Of a stretch of 54,112 nt of DNA, positions 1 through 9,304 are shown piece by piece (position 1 is the first letter of the stretch; each line of letters starts with the position of its first letter). Under the pieces are notes generated by a model. The model ran no database searches. It saw nothing but the letters and a program-made list of their open reading frames with translations, and was not told the DNA's origin. Location: assembly GCA_017437605.1 (NCBI GenBank), contig JAFRYL010000145.1, positions 1 to 54,112 of the forward strand, in the 5' to 3' direction. Made by a program: the position numbers and the translations under genes. The DNA comes from Ottowia sp. Lineage in GTDB: Bacteria; Pseudomonadota; Gammaproteobacteria; Burkholderiales; Burkholderiaceae_C.

Positions 1-1176
1 ACGGAGCAGATTTTTGGTACGCCGCAAATCACGCCGCTGAAAAAGCTGGAGGACGGTTTTTATATTCAGGGGCTGTCTGGCGGGCCGACGCTGGCGTTCA
101 AGGACATGGCGATGCAGCTCCTTGGGCGCCTGTTTGAATACGAGTTGGCGCGGCGCGGCGCCACGCTCAACATCCTTGGCGCGACGAGCGGCGACACGGG
201 CAGCTCCGCCGAATACGCCATGCGCGGGCGCAAGGGCGTTCGCGTGTTCATGCTCAGCCCGCACGGGCGCATGAGCGCGTTCCAGCGCGCGCAGATGTTC
301 AGCCTGCAGGACGAAAATATCTTCAATATTGCCGTGGAAGGCGTGTTTGACGATTGTCAGGACATGGTGAAAGCGGTCAGCGGCGATGTGGATTTCAAAC
401 GCCGCTGGCATATTGGCGCGGTGAACAGCATCAACTGGGCGCGGCTGCTGGCGCAGGTGGTGTATTACTTTGCCGGTTATTTTCAGGCGACAGAAGAAGG
501 CGGTGTGGTGGATTTCACCGTGCCGAGCGGCAACTTCGGCAATATCTGCGCCGGGCATGTGGCGCGCATGATGGGGCTGCCGATTCGCCGCCTTGTCGTG
601 GCGACGAATGAAAATGATGTGCTGGACGAGTTTTTCCGCACCGGCACTTATCGCGTGCGCTCAGGCGCGGAAACGCTGGCAACGAGCAGCCCAAGCATGG
701 ACATCAGCAAGGCGAGCAATTTTGAGCGTTTTGTGTTTGACGTGCTTGGGCGCGACGGCGCGGCGTGCGCGCGGCTTTTCAGTCAGGAATTGCCGCAAAA
801 AGGGCAGTTTGAGCTGAAAACGCAGCTTGCTGCTTGGGGTGCCCAAGGGCAAGCGTGGGAAAGTGGACGCAGCACGCACGCCGACCGCATGGCAACGATT
901 GCCGCCGTGCAGCGTGAGCACGGTGTGCTGATTGACACGCACACTGCCGACGGCGTGAAAGTGGCGCGCGAAAGGGCGCAACCGGGCGCACCCATGATTG
1001 TTCTGGAAACGGCGCAGCCGGTGAAATTCCTTGATTCCATCGCCGAGGCGCTCGGGCAGCCGGTGCCGCTGCCCGAACAATGGCGCGCATTGCAGGAGCT
1101 GCCGCAGCGCGTGCAGCGTATGCCGGTGGATGTGGCGCAGTTGCGCGCCTTCATTGAGCAGCATTGCGGCGGATAA
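1..1176 (+). CDS. thrC: Threonine synthase (5' end outside window)
   Basis: Frame open from base 1; GPTLAFKD PLP-lysine motif, GATSGDTG, NSINWAR, VPSGNFGN. Confidence 0.95.
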   Translation, partial: TEQIFGTPQITPLKKLEDGFYIQGLSGGPTLAFKDMAMQLLGRLFEYELARRGATLNILGATSGDTGSSAEYAMRGRKGVRVFMLSPHGRMSAFQRAQMFSLQDENIFNIAVEGVFDDCQDMVKAVSGDVDFKRRWHIGAVNSINWARLLAQVVYYFAGYFQATEEGGVVDFTVPSGNFGNICAGHVARMMGLPIRRLVVATNENDVLDEFFRTGTYRVRSGAETLATSSPSMDISKASNFERFVFDVLGRDGAACARLFSQELPQKGQFELKTQLAAWGAQGQAWESGRSTHADRMATIAAVQREHGVLIDTHTADGVKVARERAQPGAPMIVLETAQPVKFLDSIAEALGQPVPLPEQWRALQELPQRVQRMPVDVAQLRAFIEQHCGG

Positions 1177-1245
1177 ACGCGCCATGTCCGCCGCTATTCC
1201 CACGCTGGGCGCGCTCGTCGCGCGCCATGCTTGGTGTCATGCTTG

Positions 1246-1305
1246 ATACTCCACGCATTCACATGTCATTGCCGGTGAATGTTACGGGCGAAAAAAACAA
1301 TACCC
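1246..1305. repeat. GCCGGC-core element E1 (long/short, degenerate right core)
   Basis: ATACTC-N19-GCCGGT-GAATGTT-ACGGGC-N10-ATACCC. Confidence 0.65.
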
Positions 1306-1330
1306 TAGATGATGAGACAGGAATGTCGCC

Positions 1331-2413
1331 ATGACGGATGAAACACCGCCTCTGCTTGCCGCCGGTGGCTACGGGCAGTGGCTCGCGGCGCTCAAAACGC
1401 GCTTTCGCCAAGTGCAGCTCAAAGCTGCAGTGGCGGTCAACACCGAACTCCTGCAGTTTTATTGGGAACTGGGCGCCGACATCGTCCAGCGTCAGGACGG
1501 GCAGGCGTGGGGCAGCGGCTTTCTGGAAAAGCTCAGTCACGACTTGCGGGCAGAGTTTCCGCATGTGCAAGGCTTCTCCAGGCGCAACCTTGAGCGTATC
1601 CGCCAGTGGCACCAGTATTGGGCGGGCGACGCAGCAATTGCGACACAGCTTGTGTCGCAATTGACTGCCATCCCTTGGGGGCACAACCTTGCCATCGTCA
1701 GCAAATGCCGCAGCCACGCCGAAGCCCTGTATTACGTGCAGCAAACGCAGATGCACGGCTGGAGCCGCGCCGTGCTCACGCACCAGATAGAAAGCGGCCT
1801 CTGGCAGCGCGAAGGGCAAGCCATCAGCAACTTTGAGCGCACGCTGCCCGCGCCGCAGTCCGACCTGGCGGCGCAAGTGCTCAAAGACCCCTACGTGTTT
1901 GACTTTCTCAGTCTCGCCCCCGAACACACCGAGCGCGAACTGGAACGCGCCCTGCTGGACCACATCACCCAATTCCTGCTGGAACTCGGCACCGGCTTTG
2001 CCTACATCGGGCGGCAAGTGCCGCTGCAAGTGGGCGAGCGCGAATTCTTCCCTGACCTGCTCTTCTACCACGCGCGGCTGCACTGCTACGTCGTCGTTGA
2101 ATTGAAAACCGTGGACTTTGAGCCGGAATTTGCCGGCAAACTCAACTTCTACCTCAAAGCCGTGGACGAACAAATGCGCGGCGCAGGCGACGCCCCAACC
2201 ATCGGCCTGCTGCTGTGCAAAAGCAAAGACCGGCTGGTCGCGGAATATGCCCTTTCAGACATGCACAAACCGCTGGGCGTTGCCAGCTACCAGCTTGCGC
2301 ACGAGTTGCCGCAAGACCTGCGCGACAAACTGCCGAGTATTGAGGCGCTAGAAGAGCAACTGCGCGAAGCGGCTTGTGACGACCAAGCGCCGCCGCGCGG
2401 CAGAAAAGCGTAA
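1331..2413 (+). CDS. YhcG/DUF1016 family PD-(D/E)XK nuclease-domain protein
   Basis: AVNTELLQFYWELG, GFSRRNL, KDPYVFDFL, FLLELGTGFAYIGRQ, DLLFYH..LHCYVVVELK, GKLNFYL. Confidence 0.9.
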   Translation: MTDETPPLLAAGGYGQWLAALKTRFRQVQLKAAVAVNTELLQFYWELGADIVQRQDGQAWGSGFLEKLSHDLRAEFPHVQGFSRRNLERIRQWHQYWAGDAAIATQLVSQLTAIPWGHNLAIVSKCRSHAEALYYVQQTQMHGWSRAVLTHQIESGLWQREGQAISNFERTLPAPQSDLAAQVLKDPYVFDFLSLAPEHTERELERALLDHITQFLLELGTGFAYIGRQVPLQVGEREFFPDLLFYHARLHCYVVVELKTVDFEPEFAGKLNFYLKAVDEQMRGAGDAPTIGLLLCKSKDRLVAEYALSDMHKPLGVASYQLAHELPQDLRDKLPSIEALEEQLREAACDDQAPPRGRKA

Positions 2414-2419
2414 TTCCTG

Positions 2420-2478
2420 CTGTATATATTCGTTGCCGGCTTATGAAGCCGGCGACGAAGCATGTTTATGTGTAGTAT
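2420..2478. repeat. GCCGGC-core element E2 (short/long)
   Basis: CTGTAT-N9-GCCGGC-TTATGAA-GCCGGC-N19-TAGTAT. Confidence 0.9.
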
Positions 2479-2483
2479 GCAGC

Positions 2484-3152
2484 TCACACTACCCGCTGCA
2501 CGGCTTCTTCAAGCGTGCGGCGGGTTTTGGGGCGGGGTTCGTTCAGGCGGTAGCCGAAGCACACCATGACGGCGAGTTTGTAGTGCTCGGGGTTGTAGGG
2601 CACTTCGCGGGCGAGGTGGGCGTTCATGCTTTCCAGATCAAAGCCTTCAATGGGCGTGGAGTCAATGCCGAGCCAGGCGGCGGTGCTGAGCATGTTGGCC
2701 ATGGCGATGTAGCTCTGTTTGCAGGCCCAGTCGTAGAAGGCGCGCGAGTGGCCGACGAGGGCAAAGTCGCTCTTGGCGAAGTGCTCAAAGTGTTGGCAGC
2801 GGCGTTCCAGTGCCTCGCCCTCCACGCGCTGGCGCTCGCGGAAGATGCGTTGCGGCAGGCCGCTGTCGGGCGAAAGCAGGGGTTCGAGCTGCGCGATGAA
2901 GGCGACGACGTGGCTGCATTCGGTGGCCTTGGCGCCGGCGCCCCAAGCCTGCTCTGCGATGCGCTGGCGCAGCGCGGGGCGCTCAATGACGAGCAGGCGC
3001 CACGGCTCCAGCCCGAAGGAGCTTGGGGCGAGCACGGCGCTTTGCAGCAGGGTTTGAAAGTCGTCCTCGCTGATGCGGCGTGCGGGGTCGTAGACCTTGC
3101 AGGCGTGGCGGAAGTTGGCAGCAGCGATGATGTCGGCGGCGGTCACAGGCAT
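2484..3152 (-). CDS. NAD(P)H-dependent nitroreductase family protein
   Basis: RHACKVYD, LAPSSFGLEPW, GIDSTPIEGF; start taken at MPVTAA. Confidence 0.9.
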   Translation of the reverse strand: MPVTAADIIAAANFRHACKVYDPARRISEDDFQTLLQSAVLAPSSFGLEPWRLLVIERPALRQRIAEQAWGAGAKATECSHVVAFIAQLEPLLSPDSGLPQRIFRERQRVEGEALERRCQHFEHFAKSDFALVGHSRAFYDWACKQSYIAMANMLSTAAWLGIDSTPIEGFDLESMNAHLAREVPYNPEHYKLAVMVCFGYRLNEPRPKTRRTLEEAVQRVV

Positions 3153-3282
3153 GGCGGTTTTCCTTTCTGTTGTGGCGGGTTGGGTGCTCCTTGTTTGGGA
3201 GCATGCGGGTGACGGGTGCAATCGTGGACAATACGCCGCTTTGCGTTTTCACCCTTTTTGAAACACGAAGGATAAGGACATC

Positions 3283-3441
3283 ATGGGCAACAAAATCATT
3301 ACCGAAGCGATGCGCAAGGCGACGCCGCCGCTGCCGGGGGCGCCGCGCCCGAAGCTGGGCGGCGGGCAGCGCCAGTCGCTGGAACGCGGCGCGCACCTGC
3401 GCAGCAAGAAGAATCCGGGCAAGCGTCCGCATCAGGGCTGA
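3283..3441 (+). CDS. Small basic hypothetical protein (52 aa, not in ORF track)
   Basis: AAGGA RBS before ATG; MGNKIITEAMRKATPPLPGAPRPKLGGGQRQSLERGAHLRSKKNPGKRPHQG; GC3-rich codons. Confidence 0.6.
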   Translation: MGNKIITEAMRKATPPLPGAPRPKLGGGQRQSLERGAHLRSKKNPGKRPHQG

Positions 3442-3504
3442 GCTTCTTCCCTTGAAAGAGCGCCCCTGCGAAGTTGCAGGGACGTTTTTTTGTGCGTTTT
3501 GCAA

Positions 3505-3563
3505 GGGTATAAAGGCGTCGCCGGCAAGATAAGCCGGAAAGAAAAGCAATTACAGACGGGTAT
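3505..3563. repeat. GCCGGC-core element E3 (short/long)
   Basis: GGGTAT-N9-GCCGGC-AAGATAA-GCCGGA-N19-GGGTAT. Confidence 0.85.
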
Positions 3564-3623
3564 CAATCTATTTGCCCTGTTTTTCACGCCGTTGCAGGGC
3601 GCGGCGGCGAGAAAACAGGCATG

Positions 3624-3652
3624 AAAAAAAGGAGCCTTTCGGCTCCTTTTTT
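3624..3652. terminator. Bidirectional intrinsic terminator
   Basis: A7-GGAGCC-TTTC-GGCTCC-T6 just past the ETF-QO stop. Confidence 0.85.
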
Positions 3653-3661
3653 GCGTAGGCA

Positions 3662-5368
3662 TCACATGCCAGAGTAGTTGGGGCCGCCGCCGCCTTCGGG
3701 GGTGACCCAGACGATGTTTTGCGTCGGGTCTTTGATGTCGCAGGTCTTGCAGTGCAGGCAGTTGGCGAAGTTGATTTGCAGGCGTTTCTTGCCGGGGGCG
3801 TTTTCGTCGTCCACGAATTCGTAGACTTGCGCGGGGCAGTAGCGCGCTTCGGGGCCGGCGAATTTTTCCAGGTTGACTTCCACGGGCACCTTGGCGTCCT
3901 TGAGCGTGAGGTGCGCGGGCTGGCTTTCTTCGTGCATGACGCCAGCGAGGAAGACGCCGGAGAGCCGGTCAAAGGTCAGCTCGCCATCGGGCTTGGGATA
4001 GTCGATGGGCTGGCATTCGGCGGCGGGTTTGAGCTGCACATGGTCGGGTTCGTGGCGGTGCAGCGTCCAGGGAATGTTGCCGCGCAGCGCGAATTGCGAC
4101 TGTTCCATGCCGTTCATGGCGGTGCCGATGAGCAGCCCCTTCTTGAACCAGGTCTTGAAGTTGCGGTCTTTGTAAAGCTCCTTGTAGAGCCAGCTGTCGC
4201 GGAAGGCGTCGGGGTAGGCGGTGAGTTCGTCGTGCTGGCGGCCTTTCTGGATGGCTTCAAAGGCGGCTTCGGCGGCGAGCATGCCGCTCTTCATGGCGGG
4301 GTGGACGCCCTTGATGCGGCTGACGTTGAGGTAGCCGGCATCGCAGCCCACAAGCGCGCCACCGGGGAAGATGGTGCGCGGCAGCGACATGAGACCGCCC
4401 GCAGTGATGGCGCGTGCGCCGTAGCTGATGCGCTTGGCGTTGACTTTGCCGCTGTCGTCGGTGAAGAACTTCTTGATGAAGGGGTGCGTCTTCCAGCGCT
4501 GCATTTCCTCAAACGGGCTGAGGTAGGGGTTTTTGTAGTTGAGCGCGGTGACGAAGCCGCAGAAAATCTGGTTGTTTTCGCCGTGATACATGGAGGCGCC
4601 GCCGTAGGTGCCGAAGTCCATGGGCCAGGCGGCGGTGTGAATGACGGTGCCGGGCTGGTGGCGGCTGGGGTCAATTTCCCAGAGTTCCTTCACGCCGATG
4701 GCGTAGCTTTGGGGGTCGCAGTCGGCGTCGAGCTTGAACTCTTCCATCAGGCGCCGACCCAGGTGCCCGCGTGAGCCTTCGGCAAACAGGGTGTATTTGC
4801 CGAGGATTTCCATGCCGAGCGCAAAGTTGTCGGTGGGTTCACCGTCTTTGCCCAGCCCCATGTTGCCGGTGGCGACGCCCTTGACGCTGCCGTCGTTGTT
4901 GAAGAGGATTTCAGCAGCGGGCTGGCCGGGGAAGATTTCCACGCCCAGTTCTTCGGCTTGCCCCGCCAGCCAGCGCACGACGTTGCTCAGGCTGACGATG
5001 TAGTTGCCGTGGTTGTCGGCAAAGGGCGGCAGCAGCGCATTGGGAATGCGGAAGTGGCCGCCGCCGGCGCCGAGGAAGACGTAGGCGTCGTCGGTGACTT
5101 CCTGCTTGATGGGGGCGTCTTTGGATTTCCAGTCGGGGAGCAGCTCGTCCAAGGCGCGCGGGTCAAACGCGGTGCCCGCGAGAATGTGCGCGCCTGGCTC
5201 GGAGCCTTTTTCCAGCACGACGACAGAGAGTTCAGTTTCCTTTGCTGCGGCCAGTTGCTTCAAACGAATGGCTGCGGAAAGGCCTGCCGGACCAGCGCCC
5301 ACGATAACCACGTCGTATTCCATGGATTCGCGCGGGCCGAATTTTTCAATCAATTGCTCGGGGGTCAT
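3662..5368 (-). CDS. Electron transfer flavoprotein-ubiquinone oxidoreductase
   Basis: YDVVIVGAGPAGLSAAIRLKQ FAD motif; C-terminal YCPA...NCLHCKTCDIKDP 4Fe-4S motif; PEGGGGPNY end. Confidence 0.95.
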   Translation of the reverse strand: MTPEQLIEKFGPRESMEYDVVIVGAGPAGLSAAIRLKQLAAAKETELSVVVLEKGSEPGAHILAGTAFDPRALDELLPDWKSKDAPIKQEVTDDAYVFLGAGGGHFRIPNALLPPFADNHGNYIVSLSNVVRWLAGQAEELGVEIFPGQPAAEILFNNDGSVKGVATGNMGLGKDGEPTDNFALGMEILGKYTLFAEGSRGHLGRRLMEEFKLDADCDPQSYAIGVKELWEIDPSRHQPGTVIHTAAWPMDFGTYGGASMYHGENNQIFCGFVTALNYKNPYLSPFEEMQRWKTHPFIKKFFTDDSGKVNAKRISYGARAITAGGLMSLPRTIFPGGALVGCDAGYLNVSRIKGVHPAMKSGMLAAEAAFEAIQKGRQHDELTAYPDAFRDSWLYKELYKDRNFKTWFKKGLLIGTAMNGMEQSQFALRGNIPWTLHRHEPDHVQLKPAAECQPIDYPKPDGELTFDRLSGVFLAGVMHEESQPAHLTLKDAKVPVEVNLEKFAGPEARYCPAQVYEFVDDENAPGKKRLQINFANCLHCKTCDIKDPTQNIVWVTPEGGGGPNYSGM

Positions 5369-5578
5369 GTGCTGTGTCTCACTTTTGGTGTGGGAGGATA
5401 GAACCGAGGCGGCGCCCCGCCTTGGTGCGCGCCGCCATTGTAGGCGGAGTTTGTGGCAGGGGCGGCGGCGCATTCCCTGTACGCTCATGGGGCGCAAAAT
5501 CCGGGGAGCGCTTCAAGGGGCGCTCGGGTGCGTCAGAAACCCGTAAACCGGCAATCTGCAGAAACAGTGATAGCGCCA

Positions 5579-6109
5579 ATGTCTTGGAGAGTTCTGGTGG
5601 GCGGCATATTCCGTAGTCTTTTCCTGCTGCTGGGCGCGTGCGCGTGCGCGTGCGCGCAGGCGGGCGCCGCGCAGGAGTGGGAAGCGCGCGTGCAATACGT
5701 GGTTGATGGCGACACGCTCTGGGTCAAGCGCGCCGAGGGTGGGAAGCGCGTGAAACTGCGCCTGCGCGATATTGACGCGCCTGAAATCTGCCAGCCTGAC
5801 GGCGCCGCTGCGCGCCGCGCGCTGCGGCAGCTCGTGCGCGGGCAGCGTGTGCAGGTGCGCGTGGTGGCGCGCGACCAGTACGGGCGCCGCGTGGCGGACG
5901 TGTGGCGCGCGGACGATGGCGTGAATCTGGCCGCGCGCATGGTGGAAGACGGCTGGGCGTGGAGCCACCGCGTCGGGAGGCACTACGCCGGGCGCTACGC
6001 CGCGCAGCAAAAAGCGGCGCAGGCAGCGCGGCGCGGACTGTTTGCCGACGCGCAGGCGCTGCACCCGGCAGACTTTCGCCGCCAGCATGGGGCGTGCGAC
6101 AAACGCTGA
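5579..6109 (+). CDS. Thermonuclease (SNase-like) family exported protein
   Basis: Hydrophobic leader; VVDGDT, RLRDIDAPE, DQYGRRVA, MVEDGWAW, AARRGLF. Confidence 0.85.
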   Translation: MSWRVLVGGIFRSLFLLLGACACACAQAGAAQEWEARVQYVVDGDTLWVKRAEGGKRVKLRLRDIDAPEICQPDGAAARRALRQLVRGQRVQVRVVARDQYGRRVADVWRADDGVNLAARMVEDGWAWSHRVGRHYAGRYAAQQKAAQAARRGLFADAQALHPADFRRQHGACDKR

Positions 6110-6120
6110 AACGCAGAGCA

Positions 6121-6189
6121 ATACCCATGCAATAAACATTGCATTGCCGGCAACATAAGCCGGTGCTTAAATGCAGTGGCAATGGGTAT
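6121..6189. repeat. GCCGGC-core element E4 (long/long)
   Basis: ATACCC-N19-GCCGGC-AACATAA-GCCGGT-N19-GGGTAT. Confidence 0.9.
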
Positions 6190-6202
6190 GGGTTGATGAA
6201 AG

Positions 6203-6271
6203 ATACTGTCAAACAAGATATTTCATCGCCGGCACAAGTTGCCGGCGACGCTGTGAAACATCAAAGGGTAT
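6203..6271. repeat. GCCGGC-core element E5 (long/long), overlaps LysR stop
   Basis: ATACTG-N19-GCCGGC-ACAAGTT-GCCGGC-N19-GGGTAT. Confidence 0.9.
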
Positions 6272-7169
6272 TCGCGCTGTCCAGGGCGAGCGCCTGCACC
6301 ACGGCGTTCAGCGCGGGCGAGGCGTTGCGGCTGGCGTAGTAGAGGTGGTAGCCGGGAAACACCGCCGCCCAGTCGTGCAGCACTTCTTCCAGCGCGCCCT
6401 CGCGCAGCGCGGCTTGCACGGCATCCAGCGGCAGCCAGACGAGGCCTGCGCCGCCCAGCGCCGCCTGCTGCGCCAGATGGCCGCTGTTGCAGGTGTAGGA
6501 GCCGCTTACCTGCACGCTGAACAGCCGCCCGTCACGCATGAACTCCCAGGGCATCATGCCGCCGAGCGTGGGCAGCCGCCGCCCGATGCAGTTGTGCTGA
6601 GCCAGCTCCTGCGGCGTGCGCGGGCGCCCGCAGCGCGCCAGATACGCCGGGCTGCCCGTTACGCACATGCGCATGTCCGGCGCGATGCGGCGCGCAATCA
6701 TGTCGCGCGCCACGTAGTCGCCAAGGCGCACGCCGAGGTCAAAGCGCTCGGCAACGATGTCGATGAAGCGGTCCTCGGCACTCACTTCCACATGCAAATC
6801 CGGCCAGCGCGCCAGCAGCGGCGCCAGTCGCGGCCACACGTGCATCTCCAGCGCATGGTGCGAGGCAGTAATGCGCACCGTGCCCGCCACCTGCCCGCGC
6901 ATGGCGACGAGGGCGTCAAGCTCCGCTTCAATCTCCTCCAGGCGCGGCGCCAGCGTGCCGTAGAGCCGCTCGCCGGCTTCCGTGGGCGCAACGCTGCGCG
7001 TGGTGCGGTTGAGCAATTTCAGCGCCAGCCGCTCTTCCAGCGCGCGCATGGCGTGGCTGAGTGCCGAGGGCGACACGCCAAGCTGCGCCGCCGCGCGCGT
7101 AAAGCTGCCCGCGCGCACCACGGCGGCGAAGGCGGCGAGGTCGTCAAAACGGGGGCTGGAACGTGGCAT
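6261..7169 (-). CDS. LysR-type transcriptional regulator (CrgA-like)
   Basis: GSFTRAAAQLGVSPSALSH..LEERL..LLNRTTRSVAPTEAG; FDLGVRLG. Confidence 0.93.
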   Translation of the reverse strand: MPRSSPRFDDLAAFAAVVRAGSFTRAAAQLGVSPSALSHAMRALEERLALKLLNRTTRSVAPTEAGERLYGTLAPRLEEIEAELDALVAMRGQVAGTVRITASHHALEMHVWPRLAPLLARWPDLHVEVSAEDRFIDIVAERFDLGVRLGDYVARDMIARRIAPDMRMCVTGSPAYLARCGRPRTPQELAQHNCIGRRLPTLGGMMPWEFMRDGRLFSVQVSGSYTCNSGHLAQQAALGGAGLVWLPLDAVQAALREGALEEVLHDWAAVFPGYHLYYASRNASPALNAVVQALALDSANTL

Positions 7170-7274
7170 TGTTGAATCTCCTTCACAAGTCTATCCTGCA
7201 AAAACGCCTTTTTCCGCCCCCGGCAGCGGCGCACAATGCCCTGCGTTTCATTGCCCGGAAAGGAGAACCACACC

Positions 7275-8186
7275 ATGAAACGCCGCACCGTCATGCAGGC
7301 CATAGGCGCTGGCATCGCCGCCGCTGGCTTCCCGTCCATCGCCGCCGCCAAGACTGCGCCCTTTGATTTTGAAAAGCGCACCGTGCGCCTCAACGACGGG
7401 CACGACATGCCCATCATCGGCCTGGGCGTTTTCACGCTGGACGACGCTGCCACCGAAAGCGCCTGCATCGTGGCGCTGCAAAACGGCTGCCGCCTGATAG
7501 ACACGGCGCACGTCTACAGCAATGAGGAAGCCGTTGGGCGTGCCGTGAAAAAATCCGGCGTGCCGCGCGCGCAGGTGTGCATCACCACCAAACTCTGGAC
7601 CAGCGATTTTGGCCGCGCCGCGCCGGAAATTGACAATATGTTGAAGCGTCTGGACACAGACTATATTGACCTGCTGCTGCTGCATCACCCGGCCGACCGC
7701 GACGAAGATGCCTACAGCGCCATGGAACAGGCCGTGAAAGCGGGCAAAGTGCGCTCCATCGGCCTGTCAAACTATTATGAAAAAGAGTTTGAACGCATCA
7801 TGAAAGGCGCCAGCATCACGCCCGCCGTGGTGCAGAACGAAACGCACCCATACAACCAGTGGCGCGAGCTGAAAAAGTTTTTTGACCGCCACGGCACCGT
7901 GCTGGAATCGTGGTATCCGCTGGGCGGGCGCGACCGCTATGGGCGCAGCGGCTTTGCCATGCTCGCCGCCGACCCGGTGATAGTGGATTTGGCGAAAAAA
8001 CACGGCAAAAGCACGGCGCAAATCATATTGCGCTGGCACCTGCAGGACGGCAACATCGCCATTCCGCGCTCCTCCAATCCGGCGCACATCAAGGAAAACC
8101 TTGACATTTTCAACTTCCAGCTCGACGCCGGCGACATGCAGCGCATGGCGTCGCTGGACAAACAGCAGCGCTTTTCTACGTTCTGA
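7275..8186 (+). CDS. Aldo/keto reductase with putative Tat signal
   Basis: AGGAG RBS; MKRRTVMQ leader; IDTAHVY, DYIDLLLLH, VRSIGLSN, AIPRSSNPAHIKEN. Confidence 0.9.
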   Translation: MKRRTVMQAIGAGIAAAGFPSIAAAKTAPFDFEKRTVRLNDGHDMPIIGLGVFTLDDAATESACIVALQNGCRLIDTAHVYSNEEAVGRAVKKSGVPRAQVCITTKLWTSDFGRAAPEIDNMLKRLDTDYIDLLLLHHPADRDEDAYSAMEQAVKAGKVRSIGLSNYYEKEFERIMKGASITPAVVQNETHPYNQWRELKKFFDRHGTVLESWYPLGGRDRYGRSGFAMLAADPVIVDLAKKHGKSTAQIILRWHLQDGNIAIPRSSNPAHIKENLDIFNFQLDAGDMQRMASLDKQQRFSTF

Positions 8187-8256
8187 CAATATGTGCTCCC
8201 TCGCCCCCGCCGGCGCAGCCGGACGGGGCAGGGGTGAGTTGTAAGGACGCGCAAAA

Positions 8257-9300
8257 ATGCAATACACCACACTGGGCACCACCAATATCCGCATTTCACG
8301 CATCTGCATGGGCTGCATGGGTTTTGGCAATGCCGCTACCGGCCAGCACAGCTGGACGCTGAACGAGGACGATTCGCGCGCCATCATCCGCCGCGCGCTG
8401 GAGGCGGGCATCAATTTCTACGACACCGCCATCGCCTACCAGAACGGCAGCAGCGAGCAATATGTAGGGCGCGCGCTGCGCGACATGGCCAGGCGCGATG
8501 AGGTGGTCGTCGCCACAAAGTTCCTGCCGCGCACACCCGCGCAAATTGAGGCGGGCGTGAGCGGCGCGCAGCACATTGCCGCCTCGCTGGAGCAAAGCCT
8601 GAAAAACCTCGGCATGGATTATGTGGATTTATACATTTACCATATCTGGGATTACAACACCCCCATCCGCGAGGTGCTGCAGGCGCTGAATGCGGCGGTA
8701 AAAGCGGGCAAGGTGCGCGCCATCGGCATTGCCAACTGCTTTGCCTGGCAGCTTGCCAAGGCCAATGCGCTGGCGGAAAAAGAGGGTTGGGCGCGTTTTG
8801 TATCCGTGCAAAACCACTACAGCCTCATCATGCGCGAGGAAGAGCGCGAAATGTTCGGCTACTGCCATGAAGAAAATATCGCCATGACGCCCTACAGCGC
8901 GCTCGCTGCCGGGCGCCTGTCGCGCGTGCCGGGCGAGCAGACCAAACGCCTGCAGCAAGACGTCTATACCAAACTCAAATATGATGCCGCCGCGCAGCAG
9001 GACGCCGTCATCATTCAGCGTGTGGCAGAGCTGGCGCAAAAACGCGGCGTCGCCATGACGGAAATTGCGCTCGCGTGGCTGCTGGAAAAAGTGGCGGCGC
9101 CCGTCGTTGGCATGACAAAAGAAAGCCATGTGGACGCCGCCATAAAAGCCACGCAGCTTGCCTTGTCCGCCGAGGAAATGAATTATCTGGAAGCGGCCTA
9201 CACGCCGCACAACTTGAGCGGCGTCATGGCGCAAAACACCCCGGCTGCCAAAGGGCAGGCGAAAGTGTGGACAAAATCAGGCAACCACCCCAAGGAGTAA
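8257..9300 (+). CDS. Aldo/keto reductase (YajO-like)
   Basis: ISRICMGCMGFG, GINFYDTA..Y, DYVDLYIYH, GKVRAIG. Confidence 0.9.
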   Translation: MQYTTLGTTNIRISRICMGCMGFGNAATGQHSWTLNEDDSRAIIRRALEAGINFYDTAIAYQNGSSEQYVGRALRDMARRDEVVVATKFLPRTPAQIEAGVSGAQHIAASLEQSLKNLGMDYVDLYIYHIWDYNTPIREVLQALNAAVKAGKVRAIGIANCFAWQLAKANALAEKEGWARFVSVQNHYSLIMREEEREMFGYCHEENIAMTPYSALAAGRLSRVPGEQTKRLQQDVYTKLKYDAAAQQDAVIIQRVAELAQKRGVAMTEIALAWLLEKVAAPVVGMTKESHVDAAIKATQLALSAEEMNYLEAAYTPHNLSGVMAQNTPAAKGQAKVWTKSGNHPKE

Positions 9301-9304
9301 ACAG

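Noticed and set aside
2420-2478. Xer dif sites or Neisseria-type DNA uptake sequence
   Set aside because: No XerD-arm consensus with a 6-bp spacer and no GCCGTCTGAA-like motif. GCCGGC equals the NaeI/NgoMIV site, but no link can be supported
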